From Squalus acanthias (lineage: Eukaryota): a DNA stretch of 64,000 nt. The notes under the pieces are model-generated. The model had not been told where the DNA came from and did no database searches. It was given only the letters and a program-made list of their open reading frames with translations. The stretch lies in the NCBI GenBank assembly GCA_030390025.1, contig CM059432.1, forward strand, positions 69,442,001-69,506,000, read 5' to 3'. Positions 52,255 through 64,000 of the stretch are shown piece after piece; the stretch's first letter is position 1; each line of letters opens with the position of its first letter. Both the position numbers and the translations under genes were made by a program.

Positions 52255-53180
52255 CGAATTACATAAAATTTACAGCACAGAAACAGGCCATTAGGCCCAA
52301 CAGGTCTACGCCAGGGTTTATGCTCCACACGAGCCTCCTCCCACCTTACTTCATCTCACCTTTTAGCATATCCTTCTATTCGTTTCTCCATCATGTACTT
52401 ATCTAGCTTCCCCTTAAATGAATCTGTGCCATGTGGTAGTGAGTTCCACATTCTCACCACTCTGAATAAAGAAGTTTCTTCTGAATTCCTTATTGGATTT
52501 ATTAGGGACTATCTTATATTTATGCCCCCTAGTTTTAGACTCCCCCACAAGTGGAAACATCTTCTCTACATGTACCCTATTGAACCCCTTCATAATTTTA
52601 AAACTCTCTATCAGGTCACCTCTCGGTCTTCTCTATCCTAGAGAAAAGAGCCCCATCGTGTTCAGTCTTTCCTGATAGTTGTATCCTCTCTGTCCTGGTG
52701 TCATCCTTGTAAATCTTTTTTGAACTTTCTCCGGTGCTTCTATATCATTTTTTGTAATATGGAGACCAGAACTGTGCACAGTACTGTTACTGTTGTCTAA
52801 CCTCGGTTTAACTTTAACACAACTTCTTTGCTTTTGAATTCTGTTCCTCTATAAATGAACCCCAGTGCTTTGTTTGCTTTTTTGTATGGCTTTGTTAATC
52901 TCAGCTGCTACTGTTAATCATTTGTGAATCTGTACTCCTAATTTCCTTTGCTCCTCTACCCCATTTAGACTCTTATTTTCCACGGAGTAGGTGGCCTCAT
53001 TATTCCTCCACCCAAAATCCACCACCTCACACCTATCTATATTGAAAGTTATTTTGCCGGTTACATGCCCATTCTGCAAGTTTGTTAATGTCTTCTTGTA
53101 TTTTGTCGCAGCCACCCTCTTACATAGGATATACAGCACAGAAACAGGCTATTCGACCCAATCAGTCCACATGCTCTATG
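52255..53180 (-). mobile_element. Old CR1 3' part plus an additional CR1 tail fragment
   Basis: tacagcacagaaacaggcc tails at ~52270 and ~53130. ORF 52918-53139 (FNIDRCEVVDFG). Similar to 28465-29360. Confidence 0.8.
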
Positions 53181-53569
53181 TGGGACCCCGTGGCATTTCC
53201 TGCCCTCACGATGTCCCCTGCCCCTAACAACCCGGTTAATGCTGCTAAAGTGATGCAAAACAAAGGAAAATGTATCTAACATCCAGTGCAGGCAGGAGCT
53301 TCTTCGCAGGAATGTAGAGAAAAATCAGATGGGAAATGGGTCTATAAAACTCTTATAATTTCATGTTATACACTGCATATATGACTCAATGTTGACGTGT
53401 TACCGAAAAGTAAATTTTGAGATGATATCACATAGTGGAACTTTTTCACGTTATGGTTATCATTTTTGTAATCTGATAGTGCTTGATGATTTTTTTATTT
53501 GGCAATCCAGCACTAACCATTGCTTATCCTGTATATATTCATTTAACTCAATCCTCCTCAAAGTTCTTT

Positions 53570-54245
53570 TCTCCACAGTCCACCTCCATATGCTCTCATG
53601 GTCCCACACCTACCTGTCACATTGTAGATATTACATGGCCTCCAACAGCTTCTCCTCCTATGCCTACCCAATTATGTTTGGTGTACCTCAGGGCTCCAAC
53701 ATTGGGCCTCTCCTTGTGTGCCCCTGCCCACAGCCCCTGCGTGATGTCTTCACATTTGTCCTTGCCAGTCGCCATGCTTCCACCATCCACAAACTGCAGC
53801 TCATCTAGAATGTCACGGCCACATAATCACCCGCACAAAGGATTGCCCCGCCCCCTGTCCTTGATGCGCTCAACTGGTTCCTCCTGCTCCATTAACTTTA
53901 AGATTCTAATGCTTGCCATCCAATTCCTCTAAGGCCGCATTCCATCGTTTGTCAGTGATCTCCTCCATGCTGACATTTCTGTGCTTACCTTCTGCTACTT
54001 CAACATCAATTTAGTTCTCATTCCCCATTTGCGCTGCTCCACTATTGGTAGTTTCTTCTTCAGGAATTATGTGTCCTCCCTGCCCCAGCTTCTTTGCCTT
54101 ATTACCAATCTTCCTGCTTTCAACGGTTCACTAAAATCTTTCTTTTCGACCGTGCTTTTGACTTTACAGTGCATTCTTCCCTTACTCCCTCCTGCTCAGT
54201 GTCTACTATTTTGTCTATTGCCCTATAAAGTACCTTGTTTAGTAG
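53570..54245 (+). mobile_element. Highly decayed L2 fragment
   Basis: GVPQGSNIGPLL and STIHKLQLI motifs in ORF 53389-53808. Confidence 0.55.
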
Positions 54246-54711
54246 CATAGCAATTTAATTCAATGTTCTTTATATCGTGCAGCAATGTAATTCAGAAACC
54301 AACAACAAAATTCAGCACACCAAGTACTTCTATATCTTTTTGTCCCGTAACAAAAACCTTTCAATTCCACTTCTGATGTCAGACTGTGCATTAGTCCAGA
54401 CATACAGTTTTCCCTCATTTATTATTTATTCATTACTTTAAATTACCAACACTTACACCATCTGCTGAGCTGACTGGTTTGTTTCTTATGACATTTTGCT
54501 TATATGCATCACTATTATATTTCTCAAAAGACTATAAATATGTTGTATACCATATAAAATAACAGATGGATGGGAAGGGCTTTGTTAGCTGCAGATGATC
54601 ATAAGTTTGTTTTGGGTTCCTTAATACAACTGTTTTGTAAATTGAAAACCAAAAAGAAGCTACAACCATCTTAGAAATAATCACTGAATAAGGTAAAACC
54701 TGTACAAATGA

Positions 54712-57295
54712 ACACCCCATATATGCTAAACAGCGGAAGCAGCATGCTATAGACAGAGCTAAGTGATCCCACAACCAACGGATCAGATCAAAGCTCTGCA
54801 GTCCTGCCACATCCAGTCGTGAATAGTGGTGGACAATTAAACAACTAACGGGAGGAGGAGGCTCCATGAATATCCCCATCCTCAATGATGGTGGAGCCCA
54901 GCACGTGAGTGCAAAAGACAAAGCTGAAGCGTTTGCAACCATCTTCAGCCAGAAATGCTGAGTGGATGATCCATCTCGGCCTCCTCCTGAGGGCCCCACC
55001 ATCACAGAAGCCAGTCTTCAGCCAATCCAATTCACTCCACGCAATATCAGGAAATGGCTGAGCGCACTGGATACAACAAAGGTTATGGGCCCCGACAACA
55101 TCACGGCTGTCGTGCTGAAGACTTGTGCTGCAGAAGTAGCTGCACTTCTAGCCAAGCTGTTCCAGTACAGCTACAACACTGGCATCTATCAAAGTTGAAA
55201 ATTACCAAGGTATATGCTGTACACAAAAAGCAGGACAAATCCAATCTGGCAATAACCACCGCACCCCCACTGCCGCGCCACCATCAGCTTGCTCTTAATC
55301 ATCAGCAAAGTGATGGAAGGTGTCGCAACAGTGCTATAAAGCGGTACTTACTCACCAATAACCTGCTCACCAGTGCTCAGTTTGGGTTCCGCCAGGACCA
55401 CTTGGCTTCAGACTGCCTTGATCCAAACATGGACAAAAGAGCTGAATTCTCGAGGTGAGGTGAGAATGACTGCCCTTGACATCAAGGCAGCATTTGACTG
55501 AGTGTGGCATCAAGGAGCCCTAGTAAAATTAAAGTCAGTGGGAATCGGGGGAAAACTCTCCACTGGCTGGAGTCATACCTAGTACAAAGGAAGATGGTTG
55601 TAATTGTTGGAGGACAATCAGCTCAGCCCCAGCACATCACTGCAGGAGTTCCTCAGGGCAGTGTCCTAGGCCCAACCATCTTCAGCTGCTTCATCAATGA
55701 CCTTCCCTCCATCATAAGGTCAGAAGTGGGGATGTTCACTGAAGATTGCACAGTGTTCAGTTCCATTCGCAACTCCTCAGATAATGAAGCAGTCTGTGCC
55801 CGCATGCAGCAAGACATGGACAAGATTCAGGCTTGGGCTGATAAGTGGCAAGTAACATTTGTGCCACAGAAGTGCCAGGCAATGACCATCTCCAGCAAGC
55901 GAGAGTCTAACCACCTCCCCTTGACATTCAAAGGGATTACCATTGCCAAATCCCCCACCATCAACATCCTGGGGGGTTCACCATTGATCAGAATCTTAAC
56001 AGGACCAGCCACATGAATACTGTGGCTACACGAGCAGGTCAGAGGCTGGGTATTCTGCAGCAAGTGACTCACCTATTTATTCCCCAAAGCCTTTCCACCA
56101 TCTACAAGGCACAAGTCAGGAGTGTGATGGAATACTCTCCACTTGTCTGGATGAGTGCAGCTCCAACAACACTCAAGAAGCTCGACACCATCCAGGACAA
56201 AGCAGCCCACTTAATTGGCACCCCATCCACCACCTTAAACATTCACTCCCTCCACCACCGGTGCACCATGTCTGCTGTGTGTACCATCTACAAGATGCAC
56301 TGCAGCAACTTACCAAGGCTTCTTCAACAGCACCTCCCAAACCTGCAAGCTCTATCACCGAGAAGGACAAGGGCAGCAGCCGCATGGGAACACCTTCATG
56401 GCCTTCATAGCAAAAGGGTTGGAATACAGGAACAGGGATACCTTGCTGCAGCTGTACAGGGCACTGGTGAGACCACACCTCGAGTACTGTGTACAGTTTT
56501 GGTCGCCTCATCTGAGGAAAGATGTTCTTGCCATGGAGGGGGTGCAGCGGCGATTCACCAGGCTGATACCAGGAATGGCGGGATTGACCTATGAGGAGAG
56601 ACTATGTAGTTTAGGGATGTACACACTGGAGTTTAGAAGATTGAGAGGGGACCTCATAGAAGTGTATAAAATTCTGACAGGTCTAGACAGACTAGATGCA
56701 GAAGGAATGTTTCCCTTGGCGGGTGAGAACAGAACTAGAGGACATAATTTAAGGATAAGGGCTAAACCATTTAGGACAGAAATGAGGGGGAATTTCTTCA
56801 CTCAGAGGGTGGTGAACCTGTGGAACTCATTGCCACAGAGGGCAGTGTACGCCAGCTCATTAAATATATTTAAGAGGGAATTAGATATATTTCTACAGGC
56901 AAAAGGGGTTAAGGGTTACGGAGAGAAGGCGGGGACGGGATACTGAATTGGAGGATCAGCCATGATCTCATTAAATGGCGGAGCAGGCTCGAAGGGCCGG
57001 ATGGCCTACTCCTGCTCCTATCTTCTATGTATCTATGTATGTACCACCACCTCCAAGTTCCCCTCCAAGTCACACACCATCCTGACTTAGAAATATATCT
57101 GCATTCCTTCATCGCCGCTGGGTCAAAATTCTGGAACACCCTTCCTAACGGCACTGTGGGAGTACCTTCGCCTCACGGACTGCAGCGGTTCAAGATGGCG
57201 GCTCACCGCCACTTTCTCAAGGGCAATTAGAGATAGGTAATAAATGCTGGCCTCGCCAGTGATGCCACATCCCATGAATGAATTTTAAAAAAACA
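54712..57295 (+). mobile_element. LINE family B, 5'-truncated, split by a CR1 at ~56394-57042
   Basis: ORFs 54962-55198, 55504-56016, 56013-56594 and 57027-57230. A-rich end at ~57285. Confidence 0.9.
56394..57042 (+). mobile_element. CR1 3' part inserted in the family-B LINE
   Basis: ORF 56398-56946 and (tatg)n tail. The host sequence gggaacacc|accacc continues on the far side. Confidence 0.9.
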
Positions 57296-57827
57296 GACAC
57301 CTGCAAAAAATGGGCAAGTCTTGACAGTCCTCAATAACTTACATTATAACAGATACAAGCTGCACCATGCAACCACAGACACTCACAAATTTTGAACTAT
57401 GTTCAATGCAGAGCATTTGCAACTGAAAACACAGAACACACAGGCAAGTGCGAAGGGGCAACGGGCGAAAAAGCTGCCTTTGTGTAATGGAGATTTATTT
57501 ACCAAGCATCCATAGCGGTAGAAAAACTGTTCCATCCTTGGGATTGACTGCTTGCACGGCTATCCCAGGGACAAAGGGGTTTCTCTGCCGCTATGCATGC
57601 TGGGTAAATAAATCCACTTTCCGCAAAAGCTGGGAATTGCACCGGAATGACCGGTATTGTTGCTAAATGGGGAATGGGTCTTCAGGGCGCTGCCTCTAGA
57701 TTATTTATGTGGCGATCATCACATTACATTTCCCGCTGCAGTGTGCCCACCCGCTCCGTGCCGTCACCCAATCACTGCCAAGGAAAGAGCTGTGATCGCA
57801 TGGAGCGCAGTCGGAAGGGAGTTGGAA

Positions 57828-57955
57828 AGTCGGCATTCAGGGTGGTGGGGAGGTCTCAGCCTTCGGTGGGTGTCTCGGCATTCGGGGGGGAGCCTCGGCA
57901 TGCGGTGGGGGTCTTGACATTTGGGGGGCGGGTCTCGGCATTCGAGGGGGATTTG
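57828..57955. repeat. Short tandem repeat of a ~20-bp unit (gtctcggcattcggggg)
   Basis: About 5-6 degenerate copies visible. Confidence 0.6.
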
Positions 57956-59465
57956 AAATTGGTGGAGGGTGGGGTGCTCTGAAATCGAGGATGGCTTTGA
58001 AATTGGGGGTGAGAAGAGATGGATACTGGGGAATGGGGGCTCGGAAGGAGAGATGAAGAATAGGGGCTTGGGAGAGATGGGAATGGGATCTTGAGCGAAG
58101 GAGAAAGGAAAGAGAAGGGGACTCTAGAAAGAGAAGGGGACTATGAGTCGGGAGATTGGGGCTCCAGGGGGTGTCGGGTGGGGGTTGGGTACCATCATTC
58201 TCTGCAGAGCCAGGAGCGGCAGCAACAACATGGAGTGGGAGCAGCACTGAGAGGAGCAGCCAGTAAAGTGGAAGAACTAAGGGAGGAGGAAGTTTCTTAA
58301 ACTGAGGGCTATTAGACCCTGAGATCCTTCACCACATGTAGCTATTGAGGTAGAGCCTAATATTTAATATGAATGGGAAGGGGATAAATATCTGAAAAGG
58401 AGGAATAGAAAATAATCTAGGGGTTAGAGGAGAGAGAGCACGCACTGGGGGATGAAGACCTGCTCCTGTGATGTAATTTCTCAGTTTACCCTCTTCTCCT
58501 GCTCACGGATGGCCTCCTGGTTCTTGAAACTTCTCGCACAACATAGCAAATTCTAGAATCAGGACACCCCTCCCTCAGTGGAAAAGGACTCCAGGATGGC
58601 ATTGAACTGGGAAACCCAACGAACAAAAAATAGAACTGAAATCACATCCTGCTGGCAGGGCTCCAGAATTAGGCACGATCCGAGGGGAGAGCGAAAAAAA
58701 GAAGGAACGCTGCAGAAGATACAGCCAATTCCTGGATATTTGGCACATCCGATTTACTGTACATACAATGACCATTTTGAAAATAAGGACACCTGCAAAT
58801 AAAGAACACCTGATGCAAGTCCCTTAGGTGTCTCTAATTTACAGGTTTCACTGTATCTGGGAGTTTGGTACAACATGCAAAAGGTTTAGAGATGTATTTT
58901 AATAATTTTGAATCACTTTGCAGAGCAGAGAATATACAATCTATATACTTTTGTGCCTTTATAGATCGCACTTCACGGAATGGTTACAGCAGTAATCTAG
59001 ATTTGTAAAAATCATAGACCCATACAGCACATTTATTTTGATATGATGTATGAATGAATGAACTATATAAATGAACAGAGTTGAGATATAACTAGGGGAG
59101 ATCAGTGCGATACGTTAGGGCAAGACCATGAAGAGATTTGAAAGGGTAACAAAGATCTTAAAGTCAATTTGCTGTGGGATAGAAAGCCAGTTGGTCATGG
59201 TGAGGATAGGGTTGATGGGGGTGTGGGCGTGGGTGAGAAGGTGGATCATTCTGGATAAGTTTAGTTTGTGGAGAGCGGGAAGGGCACAGGCCAGAAAGTG
59301 GGCATTGGAGAAATTTATCCTTGAGGTGATTTGTATTAGAGTTTTAACAGCATAAAAAAGGAAGAGTGGGTGGGGCTGTGGGCTTCATTTTAGAGATAAA
59401 AGAAAGGGGTCTTTGGAACAGATTGGGGAAGGAAACTGAGTTTAGGGTCGAGGTCAAAAAACTAT

Positions 59466-61599
59466 GGGAGAAAAATTCGTGGCTGCCACAAGAGAAAATG
59501 AACGAAGCGCTACTAGAGAAAAATTCGCGCTGGGGGCTAAAGACTTTTAGCCCAGCGCTAACTTACTGTGTAATGCCCTCCTGGTGGCGTTAGCGCAGGC
59601 ATCGAAGTCGAAGTTCCCGTCCTGAAGCAGTGTTCCAGCTTCTAATAGTCTCTGGAAGCAAGGCTGTGGAGTTCGCAAGGATTAAAGGGCAATGCCTTCA
59701 GAACTAATCAAAATTAAAATGAAGTGAAAAAATGCAGTTTTCAGGCCTTACTGCCTAACATTAAAAAGAAGTCCCTAATGGGAATCTTCAGCACTTAAAG
59801 TTGAATTCTGTTCTGAACCTCAAAAAATGGGAAAAGTGCTTCAGCACTAACATAAATGGCTCAGCAAGCCAGTGAAGGGGCACCCAGGGTCTCACATGCA
59901 GCACTCCAACTTTGCATAGGGGGTCAACATTGCAAAAGAGGTCCTCTACCCACAAGGGCTGGGAGGACCTCCAGAAAGAAGGATGTGGGACTACATCACC
60001 GAGGCCGTCACTGCCAGCAGTGTCATCCCCCACCACCTGGCTCCAGTGCCCAAAGAAGCTTCATGACCTCAGACCAGTGGTCAAGGTCAGTGAATGCATC
60101 TTCAAAAGCTGTCTCCTACCAATTACACCACTAGCCTCACACTGCTCAATGCATGACTTCCCCCCCCCCCCCCCCCAACCCCAATCACTCACCTTCCAAC
60201 AATCTGTACCAATCACGAGGCACATTTCCCATTCCTAGCCTCACCTCACCCCCTTGGAGGAGACGGTGCAGGCCATTCTTGGCAGGGGCATGCCTGAGCT
60301 CTTGGCCAACGGCTCGGCAGAAAGGATGCAAGATGCTGGTATCCTCATACATTATCCTCCTTCTGGCATGCACCTCTTGCTTTCCTGCCCTCCCCTCACC
60401 ACAACTCCACTCTCGTGCCTTCCTAATTTTGCATGCCCAAGAAATGCAGCCTGCCCAGCCTGTGGTTGGCCAAGAAGAGGGAGAGGAGAGTTAAGAAGAT
60501 GACGAAGAAGAAGCAATACCGTCACTCGATTTGACACTCCCAGCCACCAGCTCCTCAAGGTCGACCAGCAAGGCCATTTGCAGTGTTTCGCAGTGAAAGT
60601 CAGCAGCCTTCCACCAGCCATGCTGCAGCCACTGGGGTAGCACTGTGTGACAACAGTAGGATAGGCAAAGGCACACACATGGCAGTCACTAAGGGAATGC
60701 ATACAGGTGATGAGTTGATTTCTTGATGTCATATTGGATGGATAGATGTATAAAGTTGGATTGGAAAGTTTGCTTTGTGGTTACTTTTATTTCAGCATTG
60801 TTGCCAAGAGGACGCTTTGATGGTCAGTAACAGAGGGAAGGTAAGGTGTGTGACTACTGTTGAAAGGGGAATTGGGGTGTGGTCACTGGTACTGCAGGCA
60901 GCTGATTCCATCTCGGATATCCCGGCCACTAAGTGGCTGTCTGGGTTGAATCCTTCCTCTGCTTCCTCCTCTTCTGTTTCTTTCTCTTCTGCTTCCTCTT
61001 CATCTGTGTCTTCCTCTTCCCTCTGCGAGCAGATGCTGTAAATCTGAAATGACAGCATAAAATGCTGGAAATACTCAGCAGGTCAGGCAGCATCTTGACC
61101 TGAGACGTGAACTCTGTTTCTCTCTCCACGAATGTTGCCTGACCTGCTGAGTATTTCCAGCTTTTTCTATCTTCTCAGAGGCCTTCCTTTACCATCCGAG
61201 GCCTTGCAGGCACCCCGCAGCACTCCTTACACACTTAAAAACTTTTAACATCTAATGCAGCAAGCTACTACTTCAGTAAAGTCAAAAAAACTCAGTCCAA
61301 AAGCTTAAATTCAAACTTACCTGAAAGATGTGTGTGTCCCTTTAAGAGGTGCTGACAGCGCTTCTAGGAGTCTGCTTGCACGTTGGGTTTACCCAAGTTT
61401 GCCGTGGTGACGTTAAGTCTGCGTTGCACGACGACTGACGTCACCACTCCCATTTTACTTTGCAGGGCGATGGATTTTACTGGCAGCGCTGCCGGGCCTG
61501 GGAATGGAGGATGCCACGGGACCCGCTACCAGCTGGCCACCGCCTTTTTGCCATTTTTTGACGGTAACGGGTGGTGTAAAGCCCCCAAATTTTTAGCCT
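59466..61599 (+). mobile_element. Internally deleted Harbinger element with Myb/SANT remnant
   Basis: Ends gggagaaaaattcg / caaatttttagcct with tat on both sides. MAQQ...TWLQCPKKLHDLRPVVK|gtcagt, LTPLEETVQAILGRG and acidic GQEEGEES segments are homologous to 14376-15320. Confidence 0.7.
61030..61170. mobile_element. Penelope-type palindrome with deleted centre
   Basis: gctggaaatactcagcaggtcaggcagcat (~61064-61093) is nearly perfectly inverted to atgttgcctgacctgctgagtatttccagc (~61132-61161). Confidence 0.7.
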
Positions 61600-61733
61600 T
61601 ATACTTGCTATGTATCTTTGACCATCCTTCCTGCTCTATAGTACTGGACGTATAAAAGTAAATGTTACGTGTTATCCTTACAATTCTTACATGCTGTATA
61701 TGTGTTAAAATGTTTCTGCTTCGATTGTTTCAG

Positions 61734-61905
61734 ATTGATGCTCTTTACCCGCTGAAGTATAAATTTGAATCTGTTGTTGCTGCTGGTCGAGAGGGTTTTA
61801 AGCTTAGAAAATACAATGATTCAAAATTATTGCTCCCTGGTAAATTACCAGCCATCTCAAATCGTGTTCAGCCCAAACCTCTCAGCAAAACAGAAAAGAA
61901 AAACC
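61734..61905 (+). CDS. RP1: RP1 next coding exon (end of DCX domain 2), 172 bp
   Basis: Acceptor ttgtttcag|, IDALYPLKYKFESVVAAGREGFKLRKYND...LPGKLPAISNRVQPK, donor |gtaagt at 61906. The VVAAGRExFK motif and the 172-bp length match human RP1 exon 3 as I recall it. Confidence 0.9.
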
Positions 61906-62333
61906 GTAAGTCTCTTTTCCATTAATGAATAGAGATTATACTAGTGTTACAGATAAGCATTTTTATTCTATTTTCATTTTGTCTCCCACCTCATTACAAT
62001 GATAATTTCTACAATCGGGAGAGTAGGATTCTCCACAAATGTCATCAATACTGCCTCCCGGCTTATCTACCAGGAGAATTTATTGCATAGTTTGCATCTT
62101 CTTTGTTTGTTGCTAGGTGATCTGACAAAGTGGAGAAATTCACCGTCTAGGGGAAGCATAATAGCAAACATTGGCCGAGTCATTCATCACAATGTCCCAC
62201 TTGCAATTCTAATGTTACAGTGAGTGGCCACCTTGAAAATTGTATGTTTATTTAAATATTCATGCATTTGACATTTTAATTACCAAGCTTGTGAATCTCC
62301 TGTTATATTCCTCACAATGAATTGGAAGATATG

Positions 62334-62888
62334 AGGGCAGATTTTCCTGGGTCTGCACCCAGGCACATTGGATCACTTGCGTATCAGAAAATCAGTTGGG
62401 TCGGAACACATATCTGTAAAAGAACCCACCCAATTTACCTCTATTATTTTAAATGTAGGAAAATCAGGTGGGTTCCTTTATAAGCATGCTCTCCAACCTG
62501 CCCGATTTTCTAATATTCATTGTGCTCAGGGCGATAAAATCAGGGGAACCAAATAACTTTGATACATGCTTGAGCACCAATGTACTGCGAAAGGCAATTT
62601 TAACATTTATTGTTTTTAACATGTTTTACTTGTTTCATGAGAGTATTTACAATGTCGCTGTTATTAATTGTGATGGAATCTACAAGTTGTGCGAAATGGT
62701 ATGATTTCATTCTTCAAAAACATGCCAGTTTTTAAAAAAAGCTGATTGATTAAGGGATTGATTTTCTAAATTTGGATTGGTGCTGGGGAACAATTTGCCA
62801 GTAGCACATATTGGAAAATCACAAGCAGCGCACCTGTGATTTCCAGAGATATGCTGCTGGTGGGCAAGCTTTTCCACTGCCAGCATGA
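62334..62888. mobile_element. Possible old MITE
   Basis: Weak terminal inverted similarity (agggcagattttcc / ggaaaactaaccct) and internal palindromes. Confidence 0.3.
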
Positions 62889-63504
62889 ACTCGGAAAACT
62901 AACCCCTATAGCGCTACACAAAAACAGTTGCTATTTTGGTGCAGTAATCCATTATATATTACAAACACTGAACGGTGGCAACATTCCAAAGGTATTGCAC
63001 TGAAGGTGATACTGTGAGCAAAACATTATATGACCTAATGTGATGTGATGGGTCCACCTAAAGCAGAAAAGAGAAACTCACTCTTGGAATCATGCCAAAA
63101 TTCAGTTTTTAGATAGTCAAAATATCTAACAAACAGATTGGAAAAGTCTTCAAGAGTAATAAACTGGAAAAGAAATAATAAATGTAGTATAATAAGATGA
63201 AAGGCAATTGTGGTTAGCTCCCGACGAACATGGTATAACAGAAGATGGTGCTGAAAATTAATTTGCAAAATGTGGAAGACCTGGAGCTCACAAGACAAAC
63301 CAAAAACATGCACCAACAGTGGACGAAGAATTGAACAAGCTGGAAAAAAAGCCAGTTGCGGCAAAAAAAAATCACATACACACCCAGGCTTTGAGGTATT
63401 AATCAGCTTTGGGACCCACAGTTGAGGCAGAGATCGGCTAACAAAACCCCACTGATTGAGAAAGGAAACAGACTCCTCTATAATCTCCTACATAGAGGCA
63501 AACT

Positions 63505-64000
63505 CCTTGTTCTACCTCTCCTCTCACCTCATCTCCCTTTCCTCTGATCTGCATCTGTTTTTCTCCGCGCTCTACCCTCATCCTTTCTCGTCTCCTCCTC
63601 TCCCTTCCCTCCTGTCCCCCTCCTCGCTCCTATTCACTCTCTCCTCCTCATGTTCTCTCTGCCCCCCATGGTGCCCTCCTTCCCACTCTTCCTCTCCTAA
63701 TTCGCTCCCCTATCTCCATCCCTTTCCTCCCTCCCCTCTTCCCCTGTCCTACTCTCCCCTCTCCTCTCCCCCCTTGTCCCCTCTTCTCTCCTCTTTCCCT
63801 CCTCTACCTCTCTCCTTTTCTCCACCTCCTGGCCTTACCTATTCTCCCTGTCCCTCCTCCCTCCGCTCCTCTGCTTTGCCTTTCACATTCTTCTTCTCTC
63901 CCCTTCGCTCCCTGCTCCCTCCTCTGCCCTCTTCTTTCCCACCCTTTCCTCCTTTCTCCTCACCTCCCCTCTTCTTCCCCTATCCCTTTCCTTCTCGTCC
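63505..64000. repeat. Polypyrimidine (CT-rich) low-complexity tract, runs off the window end
   Basis: About 500 bp that is almost entirely C/T on the + strand. Confidence 0.9.

Noticed and set aside
56013..56594. Apparent fusion ORF between two retroelements
   Set aside because: Read-through across the CR1 insertion junction in a non-native frame.
57296..58800. 12-bp direct repeat gacacctgcaaa at ~57296 and ~58789
   Set aside because: The enclosed DNA is heterogeneous with no coherent element ends, so it cannot be supported as a target-site duplication.
60792..61058. Acidic EEE-rich ORF on the - strand
   Set aside because: Low-complexity segment inside the deleted Harbinger element, not an independent gene.

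Overview
Eukaryotic, repeat-dense genomic DNA, most likely from a cartilaginous fish (inferred from the shark-type CR1, L2 and Deu-domain/V-type SINE repeats). The only host gene I can support is RP1 (retinitis pigmentosa 1; tandem doublecortin domains) on the + strand. Its first coding exon is at ~41017-41682 and a 172-bp exon is at 61734-61905, with a candidate CRX-site-rich promoter/non-coding first exon near 25.3-25.6 kb. As assembled, the two coding exons are out of phase by one base. Most of the rest is nested transposons: many CR1 LINEs, a second apparently ORF1-less LINE family (called family B here), old L2 remnants, SINEs, a probable solo LTR, a hAT-type MITE and Penelope-type palindromes. 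There is also a PIF/Harbinger population: HARBI1-like transposase remnants, spliced Myb/SANT genes and MITEs with 3-bp target duplications. I see no clearly new multi-gene system. The best leads are the RP1 phase break, a 143-bp inverted self-copy inside a Harbinger Myb gene that would make a hairpin RNA, the hairpin-rich Harbinger MITEs and the CpG-rich solo LTR. Family names come from motif recognition, not from database searches.
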